DNA from: Aquifex aeolicus VF5 | Lineage (GTDB): Bacteria; Aquificota; Aquificia; Aquificales; Aquificaceae | DNA: 32,000 nucleotides | Assembly (NCBI RefSeq): GCF_000008625.1 | Contig: NC_000918.1 | Span: 210,001-242,000 of the forward strand | Reading direction: 5' to 3' | Part shown: piece by piece, positions 15,588 to 24,589 of the stretch | Layout of the letters: each line of letters begins with the position of its first letter | Position numbering within the stretch: position 1 is the first letter of the stretch | Position numbers and translations under genes: made by a program | The notes under the pieces: model-generated | What the model was told of the DNA's origin: nothing | The model's database searches: none | The model's input: the letters and a program-made list of their open reading frames with translations, nothing else

Positions 15588-17465
15588 GTGAAGGAAAAGT
15601 GGAAGTCAATTGCAAACTTATTGGAAGAGGAGTTTGACTTAGAAGTTCAGCCATCTTACGAAGGTTGGGGAGCGGGATACGACCCCAAATTCCTGCCCAT
15701 ACTCGAAATGTGGGCAAAAGGGGAAGTAGAGGAAATACCCCAGGGAGCAAAGATACCGAGGGGAGTAATATTCAACGTAGTTGACTTTTTGAAGAAAAGC
15801 GAAGATTACACAGTTAATTCTATAAGGCACGAAATAGGATTACTCCTTAACACTCACTTTCCCAGCTGGCGCTTCGGTCAGAGAGAGGTATTCAGAGCGG
15901 GATACGTTCCCACTTCCTTCTTGGTGCTCTTTGCGGTTCTGGAGAGTTTAAAAACGGACAACAAGATAATAGAAGAGCTCCCTTCCGCTTTTGTTTCTCT
16001 AAAGGCACGCTATAAGGAAATACTCTCTCAAATAAAGGCACCGTACCCTTACCACCAGCTTGCCCTTTCCTTTGTGTACGCCTGGATAAACGAAGAACAG
16101 GACACCTCCGAAGAGGTAAAACACTACCATTCCACTATGGAAAAGGCTTTTTACGAGTATCTGAAGGAAAAAAATCCGCAGAGTGCTTACGACATAGTGA
16201 CGGAGGAGCTCTGGCAAAAGTTCAGAGTACTCGTTGACCTTTCTAAGGATCTAAACTACGTGGATCTTCTGATAGAAGAAGCAAGGGGAAGGAAGAGAGA
16301 GGACGCCCACAGGGCACGTATAATGACGGATATCCTCTCAAAACTTCCCGAAGAACTCAGGAATTACATAAAGGAAAACAAAGACAAGAGTGCGGTAGAA
16401 CTTCCTAAAGAAGACGTAAAGGTAATACTGAAGGCTCTTGAGGCTATACCCGACTGGATGAAGGATTACATGAAACAGATGAGTTATATGAGCCTCCTTG
16501 AGAAGGATATAGAATTCCTGAACTTCTTCCTGCCCAAAACCCTTGAAATAGACGTGGAACACAGGGGATTTGTTAGCTTCATATTCAAGGCTTGGGAAGA
16601 AATTTCCGCATCTCAGAACCTGAAATCCAAGAAAAAACAGGAAGAGGAAGAAGAGTTATCCGATTTAGACAAGAAGTTCAAGAAGGAGCACGGATTAACC
16701 CAGAAAGAATTCCAGAAGTACCGTTTAATCTTAAAGAGCGTTCTTCCCTACGTTGAACACTTCAAAAGAAAATTTGATAACTTCTTGCCAAAAGAAGAAG
16801 AACTGTGGGACGGCAAACACTTCAGGGGAAAGAGGATAAATCCGAGGAGGATAGCTACAGAAGTTCCGATAGGCAGGGGAAGGATATTCATGAGAAGGGA
16901 AGTTCCCCAGAGAAAGGAATTAATCTTTGAACTCTTAATGGATATATCTTCGTCTATGAAAAAAGAGGAGAAAATCCTAAACGCTCTCAAGTCCCTTATA
17001 CTCGTGTCCGAAGTTCTCGATAAACTAAAAATGGAGTTTTCCATAAAAGTGTTTAACGAAAACGTCTACACCTTAAAGGACTTTTCCGAGGACTACAAAG
17101 TAGCCAAAGCTAGAATTATGGATCTCCTAAACGACTTGGGAGGAAGTACCGACCTCAGCAAAGCCATAACCGTCGGGGTAGAGAGCCTCGAAGTGGTTAT
17201 GAAAAAAGAACACAAGAAGGGCGTACTCATACTGTTTACCGACGGACAGCCCACGAAAGGGCTAAGAGGGGAGGAACTTAAGTACTTTATCTCTCAGATG
17301 AAGATGAAACTACCCATCGTGGCGATAGGTGTCGGGGAAGCTACACACATGGTTAAAGAATACTTTGACAAAACCGGTCTAAGCGTTGAAGATATATCAA
17401 AACTACCTTCTGCTTTCTCCTTCGTTATGGAAAATCAGTTCAAGAGACTCCTTTCCGTGGCTTAA
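15588..17465 (+). CDS. vWA-domain protein with a long N-terminal region (CoxE/CobT-like)
   Basis: 625 aa, GTG start; C-terminal MIDAS 'ELLMDISSSMKKEEKILNALKSLI', 'LGGSTDLSKAI', 'GVLILFTDGQPTKG'. Confidence 0.85.
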   Translation: MKEKWKSIANLLEEEFDLEVQPSYEGWGAGYDPKFLPILEMWAKGEVEEIPQGAKIPRGVIFNVVDFLKKSEDYTVNSIRHEIGLLLNTHFPSWRFGQREVFRAGYVPTSFLVLFAVLESLKTDNKIIEELPSAFVSLKARYKEILSQIKAPYPYHQLALSFVYAWINEEQDTSEEVKHYHSTMEKAFYEYLKEKNPQSAYDIVTEELWQKFRVLVDLSKDLNYVDLLIEEARGRKREDAHRARIMTDILSKLPEELRNYIKENKDKSAVELPKEDVKVILKALEAIPDWMKDYMKQMSYMSLLEKDIEFLNFFLPKTLEIDVEHRGFVSFIFKAWEEISASQNLKSKKKQEEEEELSDLDKKFKKEHGLTQKEFQKYRLILKSVLPYVEHFKRKFDNFLPKEEELWDGKHFRGKRINPRRIATEVPIGRGRIFMRREVPQRKELIFELLMDISSSMKKEEKILNALKSLILVSEVLDKLKMEFSIKVFNENVYTLKDFSEDYKVAKARIMDLLNDLGGSTDLSKAITVGVESLEVVMKKEHKKGVLILFTDGQPTKGLRGEELKYFISQMKMKLPIVAIGVGEATHMVKEYFDKTGLSVEDISKLPSAFSFVMENQFKRLLSVA

Positions 17466-18040
17466 ATTAAATCCTGTCTGTTGCAGTACTCCATTGCGTG
17501 CTCGGGGGAAATTTCTATCGCCCTCATTAAACACCTTACAGCTTTTTTAATGACCTGAGAAATTACCTTTTCTTCCTCGGGTGAAAAGGGGGAAAGGACG
17601 TACTTAACAACGTCTTCCTTCTTCTTCGGTCTTCCTATACCTATCCTCAAACGGGGAAAGTTCTGTGTTCCTATGTACTTTATTATGGACTCAACGCCTC
17701 TGTGTCCTCCTGAACTCCCTTTTAACCTAAGTCTCATATGCCCTAAGGGAAGATCAAGGTCGTCGTAGACCACTATCATCTGCTCGGGTGATAGTTTGTA
17801 CTCTTCGAGGAGGTTGTAAACTGCAGCCCCCGAGTTGTTCATGTAAGTCATGGGCTTTGCGAGTATTACTTCTTTTCCTCCGATACGGGCTTTGTAAACG
17901 TGGGAAAGGGCCTCCTCAAAGGGCCCCTTTGCCCTAAGAGCCTTTACAAGTTCGTCTATTACCATAAAACCGACATTATGCCGGGTTTTCTCGTACTCCT
18001 TCCCCGGATTTCCTAAACCTACTACTAGTTTAATGTCCAT
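17462..18040 (-). CDS. pth: Peptidyl-tRNA hydrolase
   Basis: 192 aa; 'VVGLGNPGKEYEKTRHNVGFMVIDEL', 'KPMTYMNNSGAAV', 'VVYDDLDLPLG', 'GSSGGHRGVESII'. Confidence 0.98.
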   Translation of the reverse strand: MDIKLVVGLGNPGKEYEKTRHNVGFMVIDELVKALRAKGPFEEALSHVYKARIGGKEVILAKPMTYMNNSGAAVYNLLEEYKLSPEQMIVVYDDLDLPLGHMRLRLKGSSGGHRGVESIIKYIGTQNFPRLRIGIGRPKKKEDVVKYVLSPFSPEEEKVISQVIKKAVRCLMRAIEISPEHAMEYCNRQDLI

Positions 18041-18044
18041 TCAA

Positions 18045-18652
18045 TTAGGAAGTTGCTTCCGTTTCTCCCGTTTCTTCTGCTCCTGTCTCCTCTTCGCCTA
18101 TTACTTCTTCTTCGGGCTCGTAAACTACCGCTACCGTTTCTTCAGGATTGTCAAGGATCATACATCCTTCGGGAGGTGTTATGTCTCTGACGTGGAGCGC
18201 TTCTCCGAGTCCGAGTCCAGATACGTCAACCACTATTTTTTCGGGTATCTTTGCAGGAGGAGCTTTGATTGTCAATGTGTGCATTACGGGTTCAAACGTT
18301 CCGCCGGCTTCTACACCCGCGGGTGTTCCAACGAATTCAATGGGAACTTCCACTTCAATTTCCTCAACGTTTGAGAGGTCGTACAGGTCGATGTGTATGG
18401 GATTGTTTCCGAGCCAACCGAATTGAATGTCCTTTAAAAGACAAACCCTCGTTTCTCCGTCAAGTTCTGCCTCAATAAGAAAAGCCTCTCCGTGGGGCAA
18501 GAAGCAAAATCTTTAACGTTAATCCAGGCGTGCTTATTCTCAACTCCCTTTCCGTAAATTTCCACAGGGAGCCACCCTTCCCTTCTTTTCCTCTTAAGGT
18601 CGCTCTTCCTTCCGGGTTTCCTTGGTAAAAGCTTAACCTTTACTCTCCTCAT
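18045..18652 (-). CDS. rplY: Ribosomal protein L25/CTC family, split by an apparent -1 frame change near 18500 (ORFs 18434..18652 and 18045..18500)
   Basis: N-part '[46 protein letters not shown]'. The other frame continues '[107 protein letters not shown]' plus an acidic tail. It sits directly upstream of pth, a common pairing. Confidence 0.88.
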
Positions 18653-18715
18653 TTTCCATTCCTCCGTAGATCAGAAAACTTTATTATACATAAGTTTTTC
18701 TTTAAATTTATTCCT

Positions 18716-19936
18716 ATGAGTGAGAGGGAAGAGTTCAAGTTCAACACGGTGGAAGAAGCAATAGAAGACATAAGACAGGGGAAGATGGTAATAGTTGTGG
18801 ACGACCCAGACAGGGAAAACGAAGGAGACCTCGTAATGGCTGCAGAAAAGGTTACCCCTGAGGCCATAAACTTCATGGCAAAGTACGGGAGGGGACTAAT
18901 ATGCCTGTCACTCACTCCAGAAAGGTGTGAACAACTGGACCTCCACCCCATGACTCCTATGAATACGGACCCAAAAGGTACTTACTTTTGCGTTTCCATA
19001 GATGCCCACCCAAAGCATGGAACGACAACTGGAATTTCCGCCTACGACAGGGCCTTGACTATAAAACTCGCTATTTCCCCCGACGCTAAGCCCTCGGACT
19101 TCGTAAGACCAGGACACGTTTTTCCCTTAAAGGCAAGACCTGGAGGAGTTTTGGAAAGGGCGGGACACACGGAGGCTTCCGTTGACCTTGCAAGACTCGC
19201 TGGACTCTACCCCGCCGGAGTTATTTGTGAGATTATGAAAGACGACGGAACCATGGCGAGGGTTCCCGACCTTATGGAGTTTGCGAAAAAGCACAACCTG
19301 AAAATAATCACAATAGCGGATCTAATAAAGTACAGGTTGAGGAGAGAAACCTTAGTAGAGAAGGTTGCAAGTGCTCACCTTCCCACTCCCTGGGGAGTTT
19401 TCAAGATACACGCTTACAGGCACAAACTCACTGGTGAAGAGCAGGTGGCCCTCACGATGGGTGAGTGGAAAGAAGACGAACCCGTTCTCGTCAGAGTTCA
19501 CTCGGAATGCCTGACTGGAGACGTTTTCCGTTCCTTCAGGTGTGACTGCAGACCTCAGCTTGAGAAAGCCCTTGAGATGATAGCAAAGGAAGGAAAAGGA
19601 GTTCTCGTTTACATACTCGGGCACGAGGGAAGGGGTATAGGAATAGCGAACAAAATTAAAGCTTACGAACTTCAGGAGAAGGGATACGACACGGTGGAGG
19701 CGAACGAAAAACTCGGATACCCACCTGACCTCAGGGACTACGGTATAGGGGCACAGATACTCAGAGACCTCGGGGTCAGAAAAATGAAACTAATGACGAA
19801 TAACCCGAGGAAGATTGTGGCTCTTGAAGGCTTCGGACTGGAAGTAGTTGAAAGAGTACCTATAAAAATAGAACCAAATCCTTATAACAAAATTTACCTG
19901 CAGGTTAAAAAGGACAAGCTGGGGCACATGTTCTAA
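18716..19936 (+). CDS. ribBA: Bifunctional 3,4-dihydroxy-2-butanone-4-phosphate synthase / GTP cyclohydrolase II
   Basis: 406 aa; '[44 protein letters not shown]' (RibB) and '[29 protein letters not shown]...[13 protein letters not shown]' (RibA zinc site). Confidence 0.98.
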   Translation: MSEREEFKFNTVEEAIEDIRQGKMVIVVDDPDRENEGDLVMAAEKVTPEAINFMAKYGRGLICLSLTPERCEQLDLHPMTPMNTDPKGTYFCVSIDAHPKHGTTTGISAYDRALTIKLAISPDAKPSDFVRPGHVFPLKARPGGVLERAGHTEASVDLARLAGLYPAGVICEIMKDDGTMARVPDLMEFAKKHNLKIITIADLIKYRLRRETLVEKVASAHLPTPWGVFKIHAYRHKLTGEEQVALTMGEWKEDEPVLVRVHSECLTGDVFRSFRCDCRPQLEKALEMIAKEGKGVLVYILGHEGRGIGIANKIKAYELQEKGYDTVEANEKLGYPPDLRDYGIGAQILRDLGVRKMKLMTNNPRKIVALEGFGLEVVERVPIKIEPNPYNKIYLQVKKDKLGHMF

Positions 19937-21837
19937 GCTCTTCGTGCCCCGAGTTCTTCCAATCTCTTCTTTAGTTCTTCAACCTCGTCCTCTTCGGAAA
20001 GTCCCAAGTAATCTAAGAGCTTTTTAACACTTACCCACTTTTTCAAAACCATTCCCTGAGTTATTAGTTTTTCAAAGGGCTCGTCGTCCCTCACAAGTCC
20101 GAGATCCTTTAAGAACTTCTGGAAGAACCTGGCGTAAAGCAGGTGGAGAACTGCGTGTTCAATCCCACCTATGTAAACGTCAACGGGCATCCAGTAATCC
20201 ACCTTTTCCCTGCTGAAAGGCTCTCTGTCGTTCTTAGGGTCGCAAAATCTCAGGAAGTACCAGGAGCTGTCAAAGAAGGTATCCATGGTGTCCGTTTCCC
20301 TTCTCGCCTTTCCTCCGCACTTGGGACATGTGGTGTTTACAAACTCTTCTGAGGTCTCAAGAGGGTTTCCCTGTCCCGTGAACTTCACGTCTAAGGGGAG
20401 TTTTACGGGGAGCTGATCCTCCGGAACTGGAACCATTCCGCACTTTTCGCAGTAAACGACGGGAATGGGAGTTCCCCAGTACCTTTGGCGGGATATGTTC
20501 CAGTCCCTTAATCTGTAGGAGACTTTCTTTTCTCCCAGACCTCTATCTTGGAGCCACTCGGTGATTTTCCTCTTTGCGGTTTCGCTGTCGAGCCCGTCAA
20601 AGCCGTCGGAGTTTACAAGAGTTCCCTTTCCCTCATAAGCTCCCTTTTCAAAGTCCCACGCACCTTCGGGTTTTACTACAACCTTAATGGGAAGGTCATA
20701 CTTCTTTGCAAATTCCCAGTCCCTCTGGTCGTGGGCGGGAACGCACATTATAGCTCCCGTTCCGTACTCATAAAGGACGTAGTTTGCACTCCAGACTGGT
20801 ATCTTTTCCCCGTTTGCCGGGTTGGTTGCGTAAACACCGAGGAAGACACCTTCCTTATCCTCTTCCATTGTCCTCTCTCTCGTGGACATCTTCTTCATCT
20901 TTTCCACGAAGTTTTCAACGTCCGAATAACAAGCATTTCCGAGTCTTTCCCCTATGCAGGCGAGCACGGGAACTAAGGGGTGTTCTGGGGCAAGTACCAC
21001 AAAAGTAGCCCCGAAAACTGTGTCGGGTCTCGTCGTAAACACGTCTATGTATATCCTCTTTTCCTTTAAGAGTGTTTCTTTAAGTTCTTCAGGAACGCAG
21101 TTCAGGAACTTTTCGGGCTCTTCAATTTCTACGTAAAACCTGATTAAGGCTCCTTCGGAGCGTCCTATCCAGTTCCTCTGCTGGGCTATTACCCTTTCGG
21201 GCCACTTGCCTTCCAGTTTTTTGAGGTCCTCAAGCAGTCTATCGGCGTAAGCGGTAATCCTCAAAAACCAGGAAGGAACTTCTTTCTGGACTATGGGCGT
21301 TCCGCACCTCCAGCACTTTCCTTCTATCACCTGTTCGTTTGCAAGTACGGTCTGGTCGTGAGGACACCAGTTAACTTTTGCGGTTTTCCTGTAAGCTATT
21401 CCCCTCTCGAGCATCTTTAAGAAAATCCACTGGTTCCACTTGTAGTATTCCGGATCGCAGGTTGCTATCTCCCTGTCCCAGTCGTAGGAAAACCCGAGTA
21501 TCTTTAATTGTTTTTTCATGTAATCTATGTTTTCGTAGGTCCACTTTGCAGGGTGTATCCCGTGTTTTATCGCTGCGTTTTCCGCCGGAAGACCGAAGGC
21601 GTCCCACCCCATCGGGTGGAGTATGTTCTTTCCCCTCATCTTCAGGTATCTCGCTATGGCGTCCCCTATGGTGTAGTTCCTCACGTGACCCATGTGTATC
21701 CTTCCGGAAGGGTAGGGGAACATCTCAAGGACGTAAAACTTGTTGGGCTTTCCTTCTTGGGCTTTGAACACTCCCGCTTCTTCCCATCTCTTTTGCCACT
21801 TTTTCTCTATTTCCCTCGGGTTAAACTCCTTCATCAT
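19933..21837 (-). CDS. leuS: Leucyl-tRNA synthetase alpha subunit (split LeuRS, ends before KMSKS)
   Basis: 634 aa; '[24 protein letters not shown]' (HIGH-type), editing domain '[20 protein letters not shown]' and '[19 protein letters not shown]', '[13 protein letters not shown]'. Ends shortly after '[10 protein letters not shown]' with no KMSKS or C-terminal anticodon-binding domain. Confidence 0.96.
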   Translation of the reverse strand: MMKEFNPREIEKKWQKRWEEAGVFKAQEGKPNKFYVLEMFPYPSGRIHMGHVRNYTIGDAIARYLKMRGKNILHPMGWDAFGLPAENAAIKHGIHPAKWTYENIDYMKKQLKILGFSYDWDREIATCDPEYYKWNQWIFLKMLERGIAYRKTAKVNWCPHDQTVLANEQVIEGKCWRCGTPIVQKEVPSWFLRITAYADRLLEDLKKLEGKWPERVIAQQRNWIGRSEGALIRFYVEIEEPEKFLNCVPEELKETLLKEKRIYIDVFTTRPDTVFGATFVVLAPEHPLVPVLACIGERLGNACYSDVENFVEKMKKMSTRERTMEEDKEGVFLGVYATNPANGEKIPVWSANYVLYEYGTGAIMCVPAHDQRDWEFAKKYDLPIKVVVKPEGAWDFEKGAYEGKGTLVNSDGFDGLDSETAKRKITEWLQDRGLGEKKVSYRLRDWNISRQRYWGTPIPVVYCEKCGMVPVPEDQLPVKLPLDVKFTGQGNPLETSEEFVNTTCPKCGGKARRETDTMDTFFDSSWYFLRFCDPKNDREPFSREKVDYWMPVDVYIGGIEHAVLHLLYARFFQKFLKDLGLVRDDEPFEKLITQGMVLKKWVSVKKLLDYLGLSEEDEVEELKKRLEELGARRA

Positions 21838-21840
21838 TAC

Positions 21841-22578
21841 TTAGAATATAACAGCGGTCAGGAAGTAGTCGGAAATCAGGATTAACATTGAAGAAGTCAC
21901 GACGGAGTTTGTGGTAGCCTTTCCCACACCCGCAGTTCCACCTTTAGTGTAAAACCCGTAGTAACAACTTACCGCTCCGATTATAAAACCGAAAAAGGTA
22001 GCCTTGTACAGTCCCCCCACGATGTCGTGAAACTCCGTTAAATCAACCATCTTCTGCCAGTAAAGGTATTCGTTAACTCCGAAGAGTTTAGTTGCCACGA
22101 ACCACCCGCCGAATATCCCCGCAACATCCGAAAGTACGGTAAGTAAAGGTACTCCGAACGTTGTTGCGAAAATCCTTGGCGTTACTAAAAAACTTATTGG
22201 GTTTATAGCCATAACTTCCAGGGCATCTATCTGCTGTGTAATTCTCATAGTTCCTATACTCGCGGTCATCGCCGACCCAACCCTTGCCACCACCATGAGA
22301 GAGGTGAGAACCGGTCCTAGTTCCCTTCCCATGGATATGGCAACCACCGCACCTATCAGGTATTCCGCGTTAAACCTGTGAAAGGTAGAGTAGGTCTGTA
22401 AGGCAATAACTCCTCCGGTGAAGAGAGAAGTCACAAGCACCACGGGGGTGGTTTCAGCCGCAACGTAAGTGAGCTGGGAGATGAAGTGTTTTAAGCGGGG
22501 CGGTTTTTTGAATAAAAAGAAGATGGACCACAGGGTCAAAAGCGTGGCCCTTCCGACTTCTTCCAGAAATTTCGTCAT
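21841..22578 (-). CDS. mlaE: MlaE/YrbE-family (DUF140) ABC transporter permease
   Basis: 245 aa; 'LFTGGVIALQTYSTFHRFNAEYLIGAVVAISMGRELGPVLTSLMVVARVGSAMTASIGTMRITQQIDALEVMAINPISFLVTPRI'. Confidence 0.92.
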   Translation of the reverse strand: MTKFLEEVGRATLLTLWSIFFLFKKPPRLKHFISQLTYVAAETTPVVLVTSLFTGGVIALQTYSTFHRFNAEYLIGAVVAISMGRELGPVLTSLMVVARVGSAMTASIGTMRITQQIDALEVMAINPISFLVTPRIFATTFGVPLLTVLSDVAGIFGGWFVATKLFGVNEYLYWQKMVDLTEFHDIVGGLYKATFFGFIIGAVSCYYGFYTKGGTAGVGKATTNSVVTSSMLILISDYFLTAVIF

Positions 22579-22591
22579 TTAAGGAAGAATT

Positions 22592-24178
22592 TTAAAGTAT
22601 TCCCTCCTCTTCGTCCTTCATGAGTTTGTAAACTATGCTGTCGCGAAGGGCTATCCACGAAGCCTCTATAACGTTTTCAGAAACCCCTACCGTTCCCCAC
22701 TTTCTCTTTCCGTCTGTACTTTCTATTAAAACCCTTACTTTAGCAGACGTTCCCGCACTTTCGTTTATTATCCTCACCTTGTAGTCTATGAGCTGGAGTT
22801 CTTTCAGGTTCGGGTAAAACTCCTCAAGGGCTTTTCTCAGAGCTCTGTCAAGGGCACTTATCGGCCCGTTCCCTAGAGATGCCGTGTGTTCTTCCACTCC
22901 CTCCACGGAAAGCCTTACTGTAGCCTCTGAAGTTGGGAGACTGTCATCCCTCCTTTTTGCTATAAGCACCCTGTAGGCGTCAAAGTCGAAGTAATCCTTG
23001 ACAAGTCCAAAGTGTCTCTTTATGAGGAGTTCTAAAGATGCTTCCGCGGCTTCGAAGTGGTAACCCTCCTTTTCGAGTTCCTTAATCTTATCTATCAATT
23101 TTTTAAGTTCGGGAGATTTTGGATCTATCTCTATACCGAACTCCTTTAACTTGTGAACGAGGTTGCTCCTTCCTGCAAGATCAGAAACTGTAATCTTTCT
23201 CTTATTACCGACAAGTTCCGGATTTATGTGCTCGTAAGTTTTCGCGTTCTTCAGAACCGCGGAGGCGTGAACACCTCCCTTGTGTGCGAAGGCACTCTCA
23301 CCCACGTAGGGCATATTTCTGGGAAGTGGCATGTTTATTATCTCCGCAACGAAGTTCGCAAGCTCCGTTAACTTCTTTAAATTTTCCTGAGGTATTACGT
23401 CAAATCCGAGCTTCAATTGAAGGTTCGGGATTATTGAACAGAGGTTTGCGTTTCCCGTCCTCTCGCCGATTCCGTTTATGGTACCGTGAACCTGTCTCGC
23501 GCCCGCAAGGACGGCCATCAAAGAGTTTGCCACCGCAGTTTCCGAGTCGTTGTGGGCGTGTATTCCTACGTTTGCATCCTTAAACCTCTCTTTTACTTTC
23601 TTCGTGATTTCGTATATCTCGTGTGGAAGGGTGCCTCCGTTTGTGTCGCAGAGAACGACCCAGTCCGCTCCGCCTTTCAGAGCAGCTTCCAAAACTTGAA
23701 GTGCGTACTCGGGGTTTGACTTGTAGCCGTCGAAGAAGTGCTCAGCGTCAAATATAACCTCGTCAACGTACCTCTTGAGGTACTCAACGGTCTCGTAAAT
23801 CATATTTAAATTCTCTTCAAGGGTGGTTTTGAGGGCATCTGTAACGTGTAGATCCCAGCTCTTTCCGAAAATCGTTACCACCGGTGTTTCCGCCTTTATC
23901 AAAGATTCCACTTGAGGGTCCTCACTCACTTTCTTATTGGGTCTCCTCGTAGAACCGAAGGCTGTCAGCTTTGCGTTTTTAAAGTTCATCTTTTTAGCCT
24001 TCTGGAAGAATAAATTATCTTTCGGGTTTGCGTAGGGCCAACCGCCTTCTATGTAGTGTATGCCAAAGTCATCCAGCTTTTCCGCTATCCTTATCTTATC
24101 CTCAAGGGAGAAACTCACTCCTTCCATCTGTGAACCGTCTCTGAGTGTCGTGTCGTAGATGTATACCTTTTCTGCCAT
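22592..24178 (-). CDS. cimA: (R)-citramalate synthase
   Basis: 528 aa; '[49 protein letters not shown]', '[10 protein letters not shown]'-type motif ([15 protein letters not shown]), '[39 protein letters not shown]', C-terminal regulatory domain. Confidence 0.92.
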   Translation of the reverse strand: MAEKVYIYDTTLRDGSQMEGVSFSLEDKIRIAEKLDDFGIHYIEGGWPYANPKDNLFFQKAKKMNFKNAKLTAFGSTRRPNKKVSEDPQVESLIKAETPVVTIFGKSWDLHVTDALKTTLEENLNMIYETVEYLKRYVDEVIFDAEHFFDGYKSNPEYALQVLEAALKGGADWVVLCDTNGGTLPHEIYEITKKVKERFKDANVGIHAHNDSETAVANSLMAVLAGARQVHGTINGIGERTGNANLCSIIPNLQLKLGFDVIPQENLKKLTELANFVAEIINMPLPRNMPYVGESAFAHKGGVHASAVLKNAKTYEHINPELVGNKRKITVSDLAGRSNLVHKLKEFGIEIDPKSPELKKLIDKIKELEKEGYHFEAAEASLELLIKRHFGLVKDYFDFDAYRVLIAKRRDDSLPTSEATVRLSVEGVEEHTASLGNGPISALDRALRKALEEFYPNLKELQLIDYKVRIINESAGTSAKVRVLIESTDGKRKWGTVGVSENVIEASWIALRDSIVYKLMKDEEEGIL

Positions 24179-24256
24179 GATAGGAATAATAAAATAGGAA
24201 AAGTTTTAACGATTGTTAAGGGTTAAAAAACTTCTTATAAAAGCCGATTATAATAA

Positions 24257-24526
24257 TTGATGGTGAACAGGATTGAACTCTCACGCCTTATAGGACTCTT
24301 ACTGGAAACGGAAAAGAGGAAGAACACGGAACAGAAGGAAAGCGGTACTAACAAAATAGAGGACAAGGTTACACTCTCCAAGATAGCTCAGGAACTTTCA
24401 AAGAACGACGTTGAAGAAAAAGACCTTGAGAAAAAAGTAAAGGAGTTAAAAGAAAAAATAGAAAAAGGAGAGTACGAAGTAAGCGACGAGAAAGTGGTGA
24501 AAGGACTGATAGAGTTTTTTACGTAA
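24257..24526 (+). CDS. flgM: Anti-sigma-28 factor FlgM
   Basis: Sequence 'MVNRIELSRLIGLLLETEKRKNTEQKESGTNKIEDKVTLSKIAQELSKNDVEEKDLEKKVKELKEKIEKGEYEVSDEKVVKGLIEFF' has FlgM C-terminal helices and matches my memory of the crystallised A. aeolicus FlgM. Start may be ATG at about 24260. Confidence 0.9.
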   Translation: MMVNRIELSRLIGLLLETEKRKNTEQKESGTNKIEDKVTLSKIAQELSKNDVEEKDLEKKVKELKEKIEKGEYEVSDEKVVKGLIEFFT

Positions 24527-24589
24527 TATAACAAATCCCTTATAAGACTATTACTCATCTTTAAAAAATCCTAAATTATATCCTTACCT

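Noticed and set aside
15639-17044. Minus-strand ORFs inside the vWA gene (15639..15830, 15999..16217, 16338..16562, 16748..17044)
   Set aside because: Shadow ORFs opposite a strong 625-aa coding frame; hydrophobic/Ser-rich translations typical of antisense reading.
18649-18951. 100-aa minus-strand ORF overlapping the ribBA start
   Set aside because: Antisense to the conserved RibB N-terminus with no domain; not supported as a gene.
21371-21885. Several ORFs antisense to leuS (21378..21767, 21508..21885) and one in another frame on the same strand (21371..21607)
   Set aside because: They lie inside the conserved LeuRS coding sequence, have low-complexity Ser/Arg/Cys-rich translations and no RBS or motif.
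23153-23719. Overlapping plus-strand ORFs within cimA (23153..23371, 23284..23583, 23486..23719)
   Set aside because: Antisense shadow ORFs of a well conserved gene; no recognisable domain.
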